DNA of 64,000 bases, taken from assembly GCA_963934855.1 (NCBI GenBank), contig CAWWAC010000006.1:3188-67187 (forward strand). The letters run 5' to 3'. Position numbers and translations under genes: made by a program. Below are positions 36,730-45,437 of this stretch, one piece after another. Under the pieces are notes generated by a model. The model did not search any database. It was not told the DNA's origin and saw nothing but the letters and a program-made list of their open reading frames with translations. This DNA is from an uncultured Flavobacteriaceae bacterium (GTDB taxonomy: Bacteria > Bacteroidota > Bacteroidia > Flavobacteriales > Flavobacteriaceae). Numbering within the stretch: the stretch's first letter is position 1; each line of letters opens with the position of its first letter.

Positions 36730-37862
36730 TTGTACTTCACCTTTCTGAGAATTCTCTGAGACTCTTTTAAGGTATTGTAAGCATTTGGGTATAGGCCTTT
36801 TAAAAGTGGTTTTGCCTGGTCTAATAAATCTTTTGCCTCTAAAAAACCATTAAAAAAACAGAGCAGTAAGGTCTCTGGTAACTGGTTAATACTAAATGTC
36901 TCTGCCTCACTAATGGTCCCCTGACCACCCAAGCGTTTCATTAATTCTTTAGAAGTATTAAAAACATGATGCAGCATTTTTTCATCAAAAAGAGGAGGGG
37001 AAAACAACAATTCAGAATCTAAAGTATAAGTGCCATTTTCTTTAAAAACAATTTGTGTTTTTTCTAATGGGTAATGCTCCTGAACATCTCCCAAACCAAG
37101 ACTCACGTATTCTACAATACTAAAAGAGTGATTGTCAAAGCTAATAATCACCTCATCTAAGGCAGAATAAAATAATTTTACCTGCTCTGTAATAAGCTCA
37201 ATATCTACCCTTGAAAAATAAGTGACGTCTTTTATGCGCTTAGGCACTCCAGCCCAGCAAACCACAAATTGATCTCTAAAAACCCTATAGCTGGATTCTA
37301 AATCTTTATGCCTGGTGTTTAAAAAATCTACCACTCCGTCTAAAGTGAGTTTAATATTGTTTTGAGCCCCCAACTCAATAGCACTAACAGCTACTTTATT
37401 TAAATCTTTTAGAGTAATTCCGTCGTATTTAGGTAAGCTTATACTTCCCTCTCTAAAAAACACAGCCCCACCCAAATACTTCCAAATATTTTTCTTTAAA
37501 CTACAGACTTTTCCAGAAGAGGCAATGGTCACCAGGCCCACTACTTTTCCCTCAGCTAAATCTGGAAAATGAATGTTTTCATAGGAAATTATAGGAGGGT
37601 TATTTAGGTAGGCATTTACTAAATTCTGAATTTTAGAATCGTCAAAAAAGTCTACTCCAATAATTAAATTCTCTTCATCTGTAACCCCAATCACTATAAA
37701 GGAGTGGTTGCTTGGATTGCTGTTGGCCAAAGCGCAAACATGCTTTAGAAACTTAGCCTTTCCCTCTTTAAAACCAATATCTATAGAACGCTTTTTGTCA
37801 TAAAAACTATTCTCCCCATTATGAGACAATAAATTTTTAACCAAAAGACGTTTGTTTATCAT
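36726..37862 (-). CDS. AlbA_2/Schlafen-like (divergent AAA, putative nucleic-acid-binding) domain protein with uncharacterised C-terminal region
   Basis: 378-aa ORF. The N-terminal ~130 aa fit my recollection of the AlbA_2 pattern (ENSFYDKK...FLKHVCALANSNPSNHSFIVIGVTDEENLIIGV). No HATPase or HTH-like tail is recognisable. Its start codon overlaps the SDR stop (ATGA at 37859-37862). Confidence 0.5.
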   Translation of the reverse strand: MINKRLLVKNLLSHNGENSFYDKKRSIDIGFKEGKAKFLKHVCALANSNPSNHSFIVIGVTDEENLIIGVDFFDDSKIQNLVNAYLNNPPIISYENIHFPDLAEGKVVGLVTIASSGKVCSLKKNIWKYLGGAVFFREGSISLPKYDGITLKDLNKVAVSAIELGAQNNIKLTLDGVVDFLNTRHKDLESSYRVFRDQFVVCWAGVPKRIKDVTYFSRVDIELITEQVKLFYSALDEVIISFDNHSFSIVEYVSLGLGDVQEHYPLEKTQIVFKENGTYTLDSELLFSPPLFDEKMLHHVFNTSKELMKRLGGQGTISEAETFSINQLPETLLLCFFNGFLEAKDLLDQAKPLLKGLYPNAYNTLKESQRILRKVKYN

Positions 37863-38623
37863 AATACTTTATGCAACGTTGTGCTATTGGCTTGGGCTGT
37901 AGGCATAATTACTAAATCTGCAATATTTACATGAGGGGGACAGCTAAGCATAAAGCCTATTGTTTCTGCAACATCTTGGGCTTGTAAAGGACTAAAGCCT
38001 TTATAGACTTGAGCCGCCCTATTTTGATCTCCTTTAAAGCGTACTTCACTAAATGACGTTGCAACCATTCCAGGATGTATTGCGCCCACTTTTATGCCGG
38101 TACCATTAAGATCAATTCTCATAGACTCATTAATAGCGTTTACCGCATGTTTAGAAGCACAGTATACATTTCCTTTTGCATATACTTCCTTGCCTGCAGT
38201 AGAACCAATATGAATAATATGCCCTTTTTTTTGAGCCAACATTACGGGAAGTACCGCCTTAGACACATACAATAAACCCTTTACATTAATGTCTAACATG
38301 GCATCCCAATCTTCTAATAAAGCGTCCTGAAAAAGATCCAAACCATGGGCATTTCCCGCGTTGTTAATCAGTACGTCTATCTCATTAAAAGGAGCCCCCA
38401 AGCTCTCAATGGCACTAAAAACTTCATTTTTATTTGCCACATTAAACAACAAGGTCTTTACATGTACTTGGCCGCTTACGGCCGATGCCACTTCTTCTAA
38501 ACGTTCTAAATTTCTACCACACAAAACTAAATTATAGCCCATCTTGGCCAAATGCAAAGCAGTTGCTTTTCCTATGCCACTACTAGCCCCTGTAATAAGG
38601 GCCATTTGTTTTTTTGTTTTCAT
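37859..38623 (-). CDS. SDR-family NAD(P)-dependent oxidoreductase
   Basis: TGASSGIG cofactor motif, NNAG motif and catalytic YCASKHA (YxxxK). ATG at 38621-38623 (MKTKKQMALITG) is preferred, and the longer ORF to 38650 would overlap the AKR gene. Confidence 0.9.
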   Translation of the reverse strand: MKTKKQMALITGASSGIGKATALHLAKMGYNLVLCGRNLERLEEVASAVSGQVHVKTLLFNVANKNEVFSAIESLGAPFNEIDVLINNAGNAHGLDLFQDALLEDWDAMLDINVKGLLYVSKAVLPVMLAQKKGHIIHIGSTAGKEVYAKGNVYCASKHAVNAINESMRIDLNGTGIKVGAIHPGMVATSFSEVRFKGDQNRAAQVYKGFSPLQAQDVAETIGFMLSCPPHVNIADLVIMPTAQANSTTLHKVL

Positions 38624-38636
38624 TTTATATATAATT

Positions 38637-39503
38637 TTAAGGAATATCATAACCCCTAAAGGCTGCTAATAAATAGAACCAATCTTCAACTTCTATATGT
38701 ATACTACAAGCATCTACAGCCGCTTGCTGCCGCGTTATTTGTGTGGTTCCAATAACCGGATGAATACAAGAGGGATGAACTAATAACCAAGCTAAAAGCA
38801 AACTATCTGTGGTAGTTTCATATTTTTTACACAACTTTTTAAAAGCCAGACCTAACGCGTGAGGAACTGATTTTTCTACCATAAGGCCTCCTAACGGAGC
38901 CCAAGCCATAGGTAGTATATTGTGTGTCATAGAATGGTCTAGCTGACCGTTAAACATAGGCGCACTAACAGCCAATGAAATTTCTATTTGATTGGCACTC
39001 ACCTGACTTGTTTTCTGGATTAAATCTACTTGGCTTGGAGTAAAATTAGACACTCCAAAAGACTTTATATAACCCTTTTTTAAAAGGAGTTCAACTGCTT
39101 CTTGAATTTCAACAGGGTTTATCAGTGGACTGGGTCTATGCAGTAGTAATAAATCTAAATAAGAGGTCTGTAATTTCTCCAAGGAACGCGCTACACTATC
39201 TAAAATATACTGTCTGGTATAATTGTAATGATTTAGCTGAGTGCCTCTCTTTTGATCTACCAATGCAATGCCACATTTACTAATAAATTGAAGCTTTTCT
39301 CTAGGAACTCCAGAGGCGTTAAATCCTGCTCCAAAAGCGGCTTCAGTAGTGTAGTTGCCATAAATGTCTGCGTGGTCAAAAGAGGTAATCCCCATGGCCG
39401 CACAAGACGCTATCCTATGGGCAATTTCTGATTGAGATAAAGAGGCGCCCCATTGGCCCCAATTCATTGTTCCTGCAATAATTCTTGAATATTTAATAGC
39501 CAT
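38637..39503 (-). CDS. Aldo/keto reductase
   Basis: 288-aa ORF. AKR pattern FDHADIYG (catalytic Asp/Tyr region), LLLHRP, and a C-terminal nucleotide-binding segment. Confidence 0.85.
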   Translation of the reverse strand: MAIKYSRIIAGTMNWGQWGASLSQSEIAHRIASCAAMGITSFDHADIYGNYTTEAAFGAGFNASGVPREKLQFISKCGIALVDQKRGTQLNHYNYTRQYILDSVARSLEKLQTSYLDLLLLHRPSPLINPVEIQEAVELLLKKGYIKSFGVSNFTPSQVDLIQKTSQVSANQIEISLAVSAPMFNGQLDHSMTHNILPMAWAPLGGLMVEKSVPHALGLAFKKLCKKYETTTDSLLLAWLLVHPSCIHPVIGTTQITRQQAAVDACSIHIEVEDWFYLLAAFRGYDIP

Positions 39504-39728
39504 TTAAATATATTTAATAAGATTCAAATAAGAGATAGAAATTTAAACTATTGCGCTCAAAAAGTTATTAAAGATTGAAATTAGTAATAAATTCCTTAAA
39601 AACTTCATAAAAATAGGGGGTTTAGACATTTTTTAACGGTGCATTAACAATCGGTCTATAAATAAATTTTTTAATTGCACCTCTATTTAATAAATAGACA
39701 ATTCTTATATTGAAAACTTTAGGGAGCT

Positions 39729-40730
39729 ATGGAAGAAAATACAACAGTAGATATTAGTGCTATCAATGAAAAAATAGCCAAGGAGAGTGCGTTTGTAGAT
39801 GCACTCATGGGGGAAATGAACAAGGTGATTGTAGGTCAAAAACACATGGTAGAAAGACTTATTATTGGTCTTTTAGGGCAGGGACACATCTTGTTGGAAG
39901 GAGTGCCTGGGCTAGCAAAAACATTGGCTATAAATACCTTGGCAAAAGCAGTAAAAGGAAGCTTTAGTAGAATTCAATTTACGCCAGACTTACTTCCTGC
40001 AGATGTAGTGGGAACTATGATTTTTAATATGAAAGAGAATGATTTCACTATTAAAAAAGGACCTATTTTTGCTAACTTTGTGTTAGCAGATGAGATTAAT
40101 AGAGCACCAGCTAAAGTACAGTCTGCTCTGCTAGAAGCCATGCAAGAAAAGCAGGTGACCATTGGAGATGAAACTTTTATTCTAGACAGGCCCTTTCTAG
40201 TCCTGGCCACTCAAAACCCAGTAGAACAAGAAGGAACTTACCCTCTACCAGAAGCACAAGTAGACCGTTTTATGCTTAAGACAGTGATTACATACCCAAA
40301 AATGACTGAAGAGCAAATGGTCATGAGACAAAGCCTAAAAGGAGCTTATGAAAAGGTAAACCCCGTGGTAAGTGTAGCGCAAATTTTATCTGCCCAAGCG
40401 GCTGTAAGAGAAGTTTACATGGATGAGAAAATTGAAAAATATATTTTAGACCTAATCTTTGCCACACGTTTTCCAGAAAAATACAATTTAGAGAGCTTAA
40501 GCCCTCTTATTAGTTTTGGAGCGTCACCTAGAGGGAGTATTAACCTAGCCATGGCAGCTAAGTGTTATGCATTTATTAAAAAACGAGGCTATGTAATTCC
40601 TGAAGATGTAAGAGCAGTAGTACATGACGTACTCAGACATAGAATTGGTATTACCTATGAGGCGGAAGCAGAAAATATAACTTCAGAGGACATTATCAAT
40701 ACCATCGTAAACGAAATAGAAGTGCCTTAG
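39729..40730 (+). CDS. MoxR-family AAA+ ATPase (first gene of Bat operon)
   Basis: Walker A GVPGLAKT and Walker B FVLADEINRA. Sensor and arginine-finger region is typical of MoxR. 333 aa. Confidence 0.95.
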   Translation: MEENTTVDISAINEKIAKESAFVDALMGEMNKVIVGQKHMVERLIIGLLGQGHILLEGVPGLAKTLAINTLAKAVKGSFSRIQFTPDLLPADVVGTMIFNMKENDFTIKKGPIFANFVLADEINRAPAKVQSALLEAMQEKQVTIGDETFILDRPFLVLATQNPVEQEGTYPLPEAQVDRFMLKTVITYPKMTEEQMVMRQSLKGAYEKVNPVVSVAQILSAQAAVREVYMDEKIEKYILDLIFATRFPEKYNLESLSPLISFGASPRGSINLAMAAKCYAFIKKRGYVIPEDVRAVVHDVLRHRIGITYEAEAENITSEDIINTIVNEIEVP

Positions 40731-40783
40731 GCCGCAATGAGTAGCACTTAAATTAACTTAAAAGAGGCTATTTCAATACGCAT

Positions 40784-41653
40784 ATGGAGACCAAAGACTT
40801 ATTAAAAAAAGTTCGTAAAATAGAAATCAAAACTAGGAAGCTATCTGACCACATTTTTGGTGGAGAGTATCATTCTACCTTTAAAGGAAAGGGAATGACT
40901 TTCTCAGAAGTTAGGCAGTACCAGTTTGGAGATGACGTAAGGGCCATTGACTGGAATGTGACCGCTAGACAAAATGAGCCATATATAAAAGTCTTTGAGG
41001 AAGAGCGAGAGCTCACCATGATGATGGTAGTAGATGTGAGTGGTTCTGGACTTTTTGGAACAGTTTCACAGTTTAAAAAAGATTTAATTACAGAAATAAC
41101 CGCCACCCTTGCTTTCTCTGCTATACAAAATAATGACAAAGTAGGACTCCTCTTATTTTCAGACCAAATAGAATTATTTATACCTCCTAAAAAAGGGAAA
41201 AGTCACGTCCTAAGAATTATTAGAGATCTCATAGAGTTTGCTCCTAAAAGCCAAAAAACAGACCTTTCATTTGCACTAAAATATTTAGGAAATGTGCTCA
41301 AGAAAAAAGCCATCGTATTTGTGCTTTCAGATTTTATTTCTGAAGACTATATGCAAAGCCTAAGAATAGTAGGGAAAAAACATGACCTTACTGGAATTAG
41401 GGTATTTGACCCTAAAGAAGCGGCTATTCCGAATATTGGTTTGGTCTCTATGCTAGACTCAGAAACAGGCATAATAAAAACAGTAGCTACCCAATCTAAG
41501 CGGGTGAGAAGTGAGTATGAGGCCTACCAAAGAGAGAGGCAAGAGTATTTTTCTGAGAGTTTTAAAAAATCTGGCTGTGGGAGCATTCAATGCAGAGTAG
41601 ATGAGAGTTATGTAAAAAAATTGTTAGGATATTTTAAACAAAGAGGAAGGTGA
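40784..41653 (+). CDS. DUF58 domain-containing protein (VWA-like, MoxR partner)
   Basis: 289 aa. DUF58 signature region (YQFGDDVRAIDWNVTAR) followed by a MIDAS-like VVDVSGSG. Canonical position after moxR. Confidence 0.9.
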   Translation: METKDLLKKVRKIEIKTRKLSDHIFGGEYHSTFKGKGMTFSEVRQYQFGDDVRAIDWNVTARQNEPYIKVFEEERELTMMMVVDVSGSGLFGTVSQFKKDLITEITATLAFSAIQNNDKVGLLLFSDQIELFIPPKKGKSHVLRIIRDLIEFAPKSQKTDLSFALKYLGNVLKKKAIVFVLSDFISEDYMQSLRIVGKKHDLTGIRVFDPKEAAIPNIGLVSMLDSETGIIKTVATQSKRVRSEYEAYQRERQEYFSESFKKSGCGSIQCRVDESYVKKLLGYFKQRGR

Positions 41654-41655
41654 AA

Positions 41656-43371
41656 ATGTCTAGAAATCCATTGTATTTAAAAATCACAAAAATACGCACT
41701 GCTACAAAGCTTTGGTATTGTTTGTTTATCTATGCCTTGTGCGCACTACTCCCCCTACAGGCACAGCAAACAGGCAAAACACAGCAAAAAACCAAGAACA
41801 AACAAGAAGCAGCTGCCTACACACCAACTGCCGTTATAGACACTACAAGCATAGCCATTGGCCAACAAATAGAACTCCTAATATCTGTATCTATTAATCC
41901 TACAGACTTGGTTAATTTTCCTGAAGATCCTATGGGTTTTTTACCCCTAGAATTGGTTAGAAGTTCATCTATTGACTCTCTTGAATATGAAGGGAAATTA
42001 AGGCTTATTAAAAAATATGCACTCACTCAGTTTGACTCTGGTACCTATATTATTCCAAAACAAAAAGTACTGGTCAATAATCAATTGTTCTTTACAGGCA
42101 TAAACCAACTAAGAGTGACAGATGTAGCGGTAGATACTTTGGTTCAAAATCTATACGACATAAAACCCCTTACAGAAGTAGAGAAAATTACCACCTATGA
42201 GTGGTTGTGGCAACTCTTGTTTGCGCTTCTTGGCTTAGCTGCCTTAGTCTTTGCCTATCTAAGAATGAAACACAAACGTAAATTAGCAGCCCAAAATCTA
42301 GTACTCCCAGCGTATGACAGGGCATTATTAGCCTTAGACAACTTAGAAAAATCTAAATACCTCCTAAAGGAAGAATACAAAGAATACTACAGTGAACTTA
42401 CGGGAATTGTAAGAAATTTTTTAGAAGAAGAAGTTCATATTGCTGCGCTTGAAAGCACCACAGATCAGCTCATTGAAAAATTAGAATTACTCACTCATGC
42501 AGGTGCACTTACTCTAGACCCTGCTACAATTGCTCAGTTTAAAAAGATTTTACAAACTGCAGATCTTGTAAAATTTGCTAAATCCACTCCAGAGATTGCA
42601 GTAGCAGAACAGGATAGAAGCCAGCTTAAACAAATTGTTGTGAAAACAAAACAAGCCATTGCACCTCCATCGGAAGCAGAAATAGCAGCAGCAGCTGCTA
42701 GTGAAGCAGCTCAAAAAGCAAGAGAACTAAATAGGTCTAGGAAGAGAAAACTAGTGGTTGGAGGCTTGGTGATTTCCGGAATTATACTGGGAGCTCTTGG
42801 ATATTATGGCCCCGAAAACGTATGGGACACAGCCCTGAGAAACCCAAATAAAATACTGCTTGAAAAAGATTGGATAACAAGTGAATACGGAGTGCCTGCA
42901 GTGACCATTGAGACACCGGAAGTACTAGTTAGAGACCTCACTACCCCCCTTAAAGAAGGGGTGCTTTCCCTTCAAAAATTTAGTTATACACACCCAAAAG
43001 GAGTGCTGTTTATTCACTTAGAAACAAAAAGATTTGCAGCAGAAGAAGATCCAGATTTTAATGCCCTTACAGAAATAGGCTTAAAAGAGTTAGAGTCTAT
43101 TGGTGCTAAAAATATTATTACCAAGCAAGAAAATTTTGAAGCTCAAGAGGGAATAAAAGGAATGAAAACATTTGGTACTGCAGACTTTAAAGTTGGCAAT
43201 CAAAGTAGCATGACTAAAGAAGATTATATATTACTTTATTTTGGAGGAAAAGGCTATGTGCAATCTGTCAGTATGAGGTGGATAGATGGAGACCCATACG
43301 CGGCAGAAATATCTGAAAAAATTATGCGCAGTATTGCCTTTGAAAAAATAACAGAAAACAAGAAACCCTAA
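41656..43371 (+). CDS. Bat-operon membrane protein: BatD-like N-terminal domain, two TM helices, uncharacterised C-terminal domain
   Basis: Signal/anchor (LWYCLFIYALCALLPLQAQQ). TM1 LWQLLFALLGLAALVFAYL followed by RMKHKRK. TM2 LVVGGLVISGIILGALGYYG preceded by RSRKRK. ATG at 41656; the alternative GTG at 41650 overlaps the DUF58 stop. Confidence 0.75.
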   Translation: MSRNPLYLKITKIRTATKLWYCLFIYALCALLPLQAQQTGKTQQKTKNKQEAAAYTPTAVIDTTSIAIGQQIELLISVSINPTDLVNFPEDPMGFLPLELVRSSSIDSLEYEGKLRLIKKYALTQFDSGTYIIPKQKVLVNNQLFFTGINQLRVTDVAVDTLVQNLYDIKPLTEVEKITTYEWLWQLLFALLGLAALVFAYLRMKHKRKLAAQNLVLPAYDRALLALDNLEKSKYLLKEEYKEYYSELTGIVRNFLEEEVHIAALESTTDQLIEKLELLTHAGALTLDPATIAQFKKILQTADLVKFAKSTPEIAVAEQDRSQLKQIVVKTKQAIAPPSEAEIAAAAASEAAQKARELNRSRKRKLVVGGLVISGIILGALGYYGPENVWDTALRNPNKILLEKDWITSEYGVPAVTIETPEVLVRDLTTPLKEGVLSLQKFSYTHPKGVLFIHLETKRFAAEEDPDFNALTEIGLKELESIGAKNIITKQENFEAQEGIKGMKTFGTADFKVGNQSSMTKEDYILLYFGGKGYVQSVSMRWIDGDPYAAEISEKIMRSIAFEKITENKKP

Positions 43372-43374
43372 CTA

Positions 43375-44370
43375 ATGGAATTGAATACAGACTTTGCAAA
43401 CCCAGAATTTCTATGGCTCTTATGTGTATTGCCACTGCTGATGGTTTGGTATGTCTTAAAAAATAAAAAAGGAAACATCGCTTTAAAAATGCCTAGTACA
43501 AAAGGTTTTGGAGAGAGCTATTTTTCTAAAGCAAAACACTTATTGTTTGTTCTTAGATTGACAGCTATTAGTGCCCTAATTATAGGTTTGGCAAGGCCTC
43601 AAAATACTTCAGAAACCACTAAGACAGAAACAACAAAAGGGATAGACATTGTGATGGCCATAGATGTATCTTCCAGCATGCTGGCCAAAGATTTAAGCCC
43701 CAACAGGCTGGTTGCTTTAAAAAAAGTAGCTGCGGCCTTTATAAATGGCAGACCCAATGATAGAATAGGTTTGGTAGTCTATGCAGGAGAGAGTTATACC
43801 AAAACCCCCATTACCTCAGACAAACGACTAGTGCTAGAAGCTTTAAAAGAAATTAAATATGGAGAGCTCAATGACGGAACTGCCATAGGTATGGGCTTGG
43901 CTACCGCCGTAAACAGATTAAAAGACAGTGAAGCGCTTAGTAAGGTAATTATTTTACTCACAGATGGGGTAAATAACGCAGGCTTCATAGAGCCAGCTAC
44001 TGCAGCTGAATTGGCTGTAGAATACCAAATTAAAACCTATACTATAGGCCTTGGAACCAATGGAAATGCACTATCTCCAATTGCCTATAATCCAGATGGA
44101 AGTTTTAGATATGGAATGGCAGAGGTTCAAATAGATGAAAAATTACTAGAAAAAGTAGCTGGTGTTACAGGAGGTAAATATTTTAGAGCCACAAATAATA
44201 AAAAATTAGAACAAATCTATGAAGAAATTAACAGCCTTGAAAAAACAGAGGTAGAGACTTTTAAGTTCTATGCATATGAAGAGAAATTTAGACCTTGGGC
44301 CATTGCAGCTCTCATATTATTTATAGCAGAGTGGGTTCTTAAAAATACCCTATTTAAAAGTTTTATTTAG
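43375..44370 (+). CDS. batA: VWA domain-containing membrane protein (BatA-like)
   Basis: N-terminal TM helix. VWA domain with MIDAS motif AIDVSSSM plus downstream T and D residues (LLTDGVNN). C-terminal TM helix. Bat operon synteny. Confidence 0.9.
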   Translation: MELNTDFANPEFLWLLCVLPLLMVWYVLKNKKGNIALKMPSTKGFGESYFSKAKHLLFVLRLTAISALIIGLARPQNTSETTKTETTKGIDIVMAIDVSSSMLAKDLSPNRLVALKKVAAAFINGRPNDRIGLVVYAGESYTKTPITSDKRLVLEALKEIKYGELNDGTAIGMGLATAVNRLKDSEALSKVIILLTDGVNNAGFIEPATAAELAVEYQIKTYTIGLGTNGNALSPIAYNPDGSFRYGMAEVQIDEKLLEKVAGVTGGKYFRATNNKKLEQIYEEINSLEKTEVETFKFYAYEEKFRPWAIAALILFIAEWVLKNTLFKSFI

Positions 44371-44381
44371 CATAAAATCAG

Positions 44382-45437
44382 ATGATTCAGTTAGATCAGA
44401 AAATATATTTGTACGCTTTCATTCTCCTACCGCTTATGGTTATGGGTTACTTTATGCTACAGCTTTGGAAGAAAAAAGCCCAAAAAAACTTTTCGGATCC
44501 AATACTTCTTAAAAAATTAGCGCCAAAAAAATCAAAATTTAAAAACACTTTTAAACTCATTTTACAATTACTAGGGGTTGCGTGTATTATTGTTGCACTT
44601 ATAAATCCAAAGGCTGGTACCAAGTTAGAAACAGTGAAAAGAGAAGGTGTAGACATTGTTTTTGCGGTAGACGTTTCCAAAAGTATGCTGGCAGAAGATA
44701 TTGCGCCAAACAGAATGGAGAAAGCCAAAAGATTGGTTTCGGAAATCATTAATGAGCTAGCCAGTGACAGAATTGGAATTATTGCATACGCGGCACAAGC
44801 CTACCCACAATTAGCAATTACAACAGATTACGGCGCAGCTAAAATGTTTTTACAAAGCATGAATACAGACATGCTTTCCTCTCAGGGAACAGCCATTTCA
44901 GACGCCATAGATTTAGCCACTACTTATTACAATGACGCTGCACAAACCAATAGGGTGCTTTTTATTGTTTCTGACGGAGAAGACCATTCAGACGGTGCCG
45001 CTACCGCAGCTGTTTCAGACGCAGTAGCGGCTGGAATTAGAATATTCACTATTGGCGTAGGTACGGAAAAAGGAGCCCCTATTCCCATTAAGAAAAAAGG
45101 GGTGATAGAAAGCCTAAAAAGAGACTCTGAAGGAGAAGTAGTCATTACTGCGCTCCAGCCGCAAACCCTCAAAGACATTGCACAAGAAGGGAATGGAATT
45201 TATATAGACGGAGAAAATACCGCAGCAGCAGTAGAGGCTATAAAAGAACAGTTAAACCAAATGGATAAAATGACTTTTGAGGCCAAACAATTTTCAGACT
45301 ATAAAGACCAATTTCAATGGTTTTTAGGGATGGGGCTTTTATTATTGCTTATAGACTTTTTTGTGCTAGAAGGCAAAACAGCATGGATTTCAAGACTTAA
45401 CCTATTTAATGAAAAAGAAGATGAAAAAGATATGTAG
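44382..45437 (+). CDS. batB: VWA domain-containing membrane protein (BatB-like)
   Basis: N-terminal TM helices. MIDAS motif AVDVSKSM. FIVSDGEDH. C-terminal TM helix. Bat operon synteny. Confidence 0.9.
   Translation: MIQLDQKIYLYAFILLPLMVMGYFMLQLWKKKAQKNFSDPILLKKLAPKKSKFKNTFKLILQLLGVACIIVALINPKAGTKLETVKREGVDIVFAVDVSKSMLAEDIAPNRMEKAKRLVSEIINELASDRIGIIAYAAQAYPQLAITTDYGAAKMFLQSMNTDMLSSQGTAISDAIDLATTYYNDAAQTNRVLFIVSDGEDHSDGAATAAVSDAVAAGIRIFTIGVGTEKGAPIPIKKKGVIESLKRDSEGEVVITALQPQTLKDIAQEGNGIYIDGENTAAAVEAIKEQLNQMDKMTFEAKQFSDYKDQFQWFLGMGLLLLLIDFFVLEGKTAWISRLNLFNEKEDEKDM

Noticed and set aside
39729-45437. Considered the MoxR plus multiple VWA genes as one of the MoxR-vWA NTP-dependent conflict/defence systems.
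   Set aside because: The gene order matches the canonical Bat operon. There are no effector domains such as nucleases, proteases or pore-formers. The context is core housekeeping DNA.
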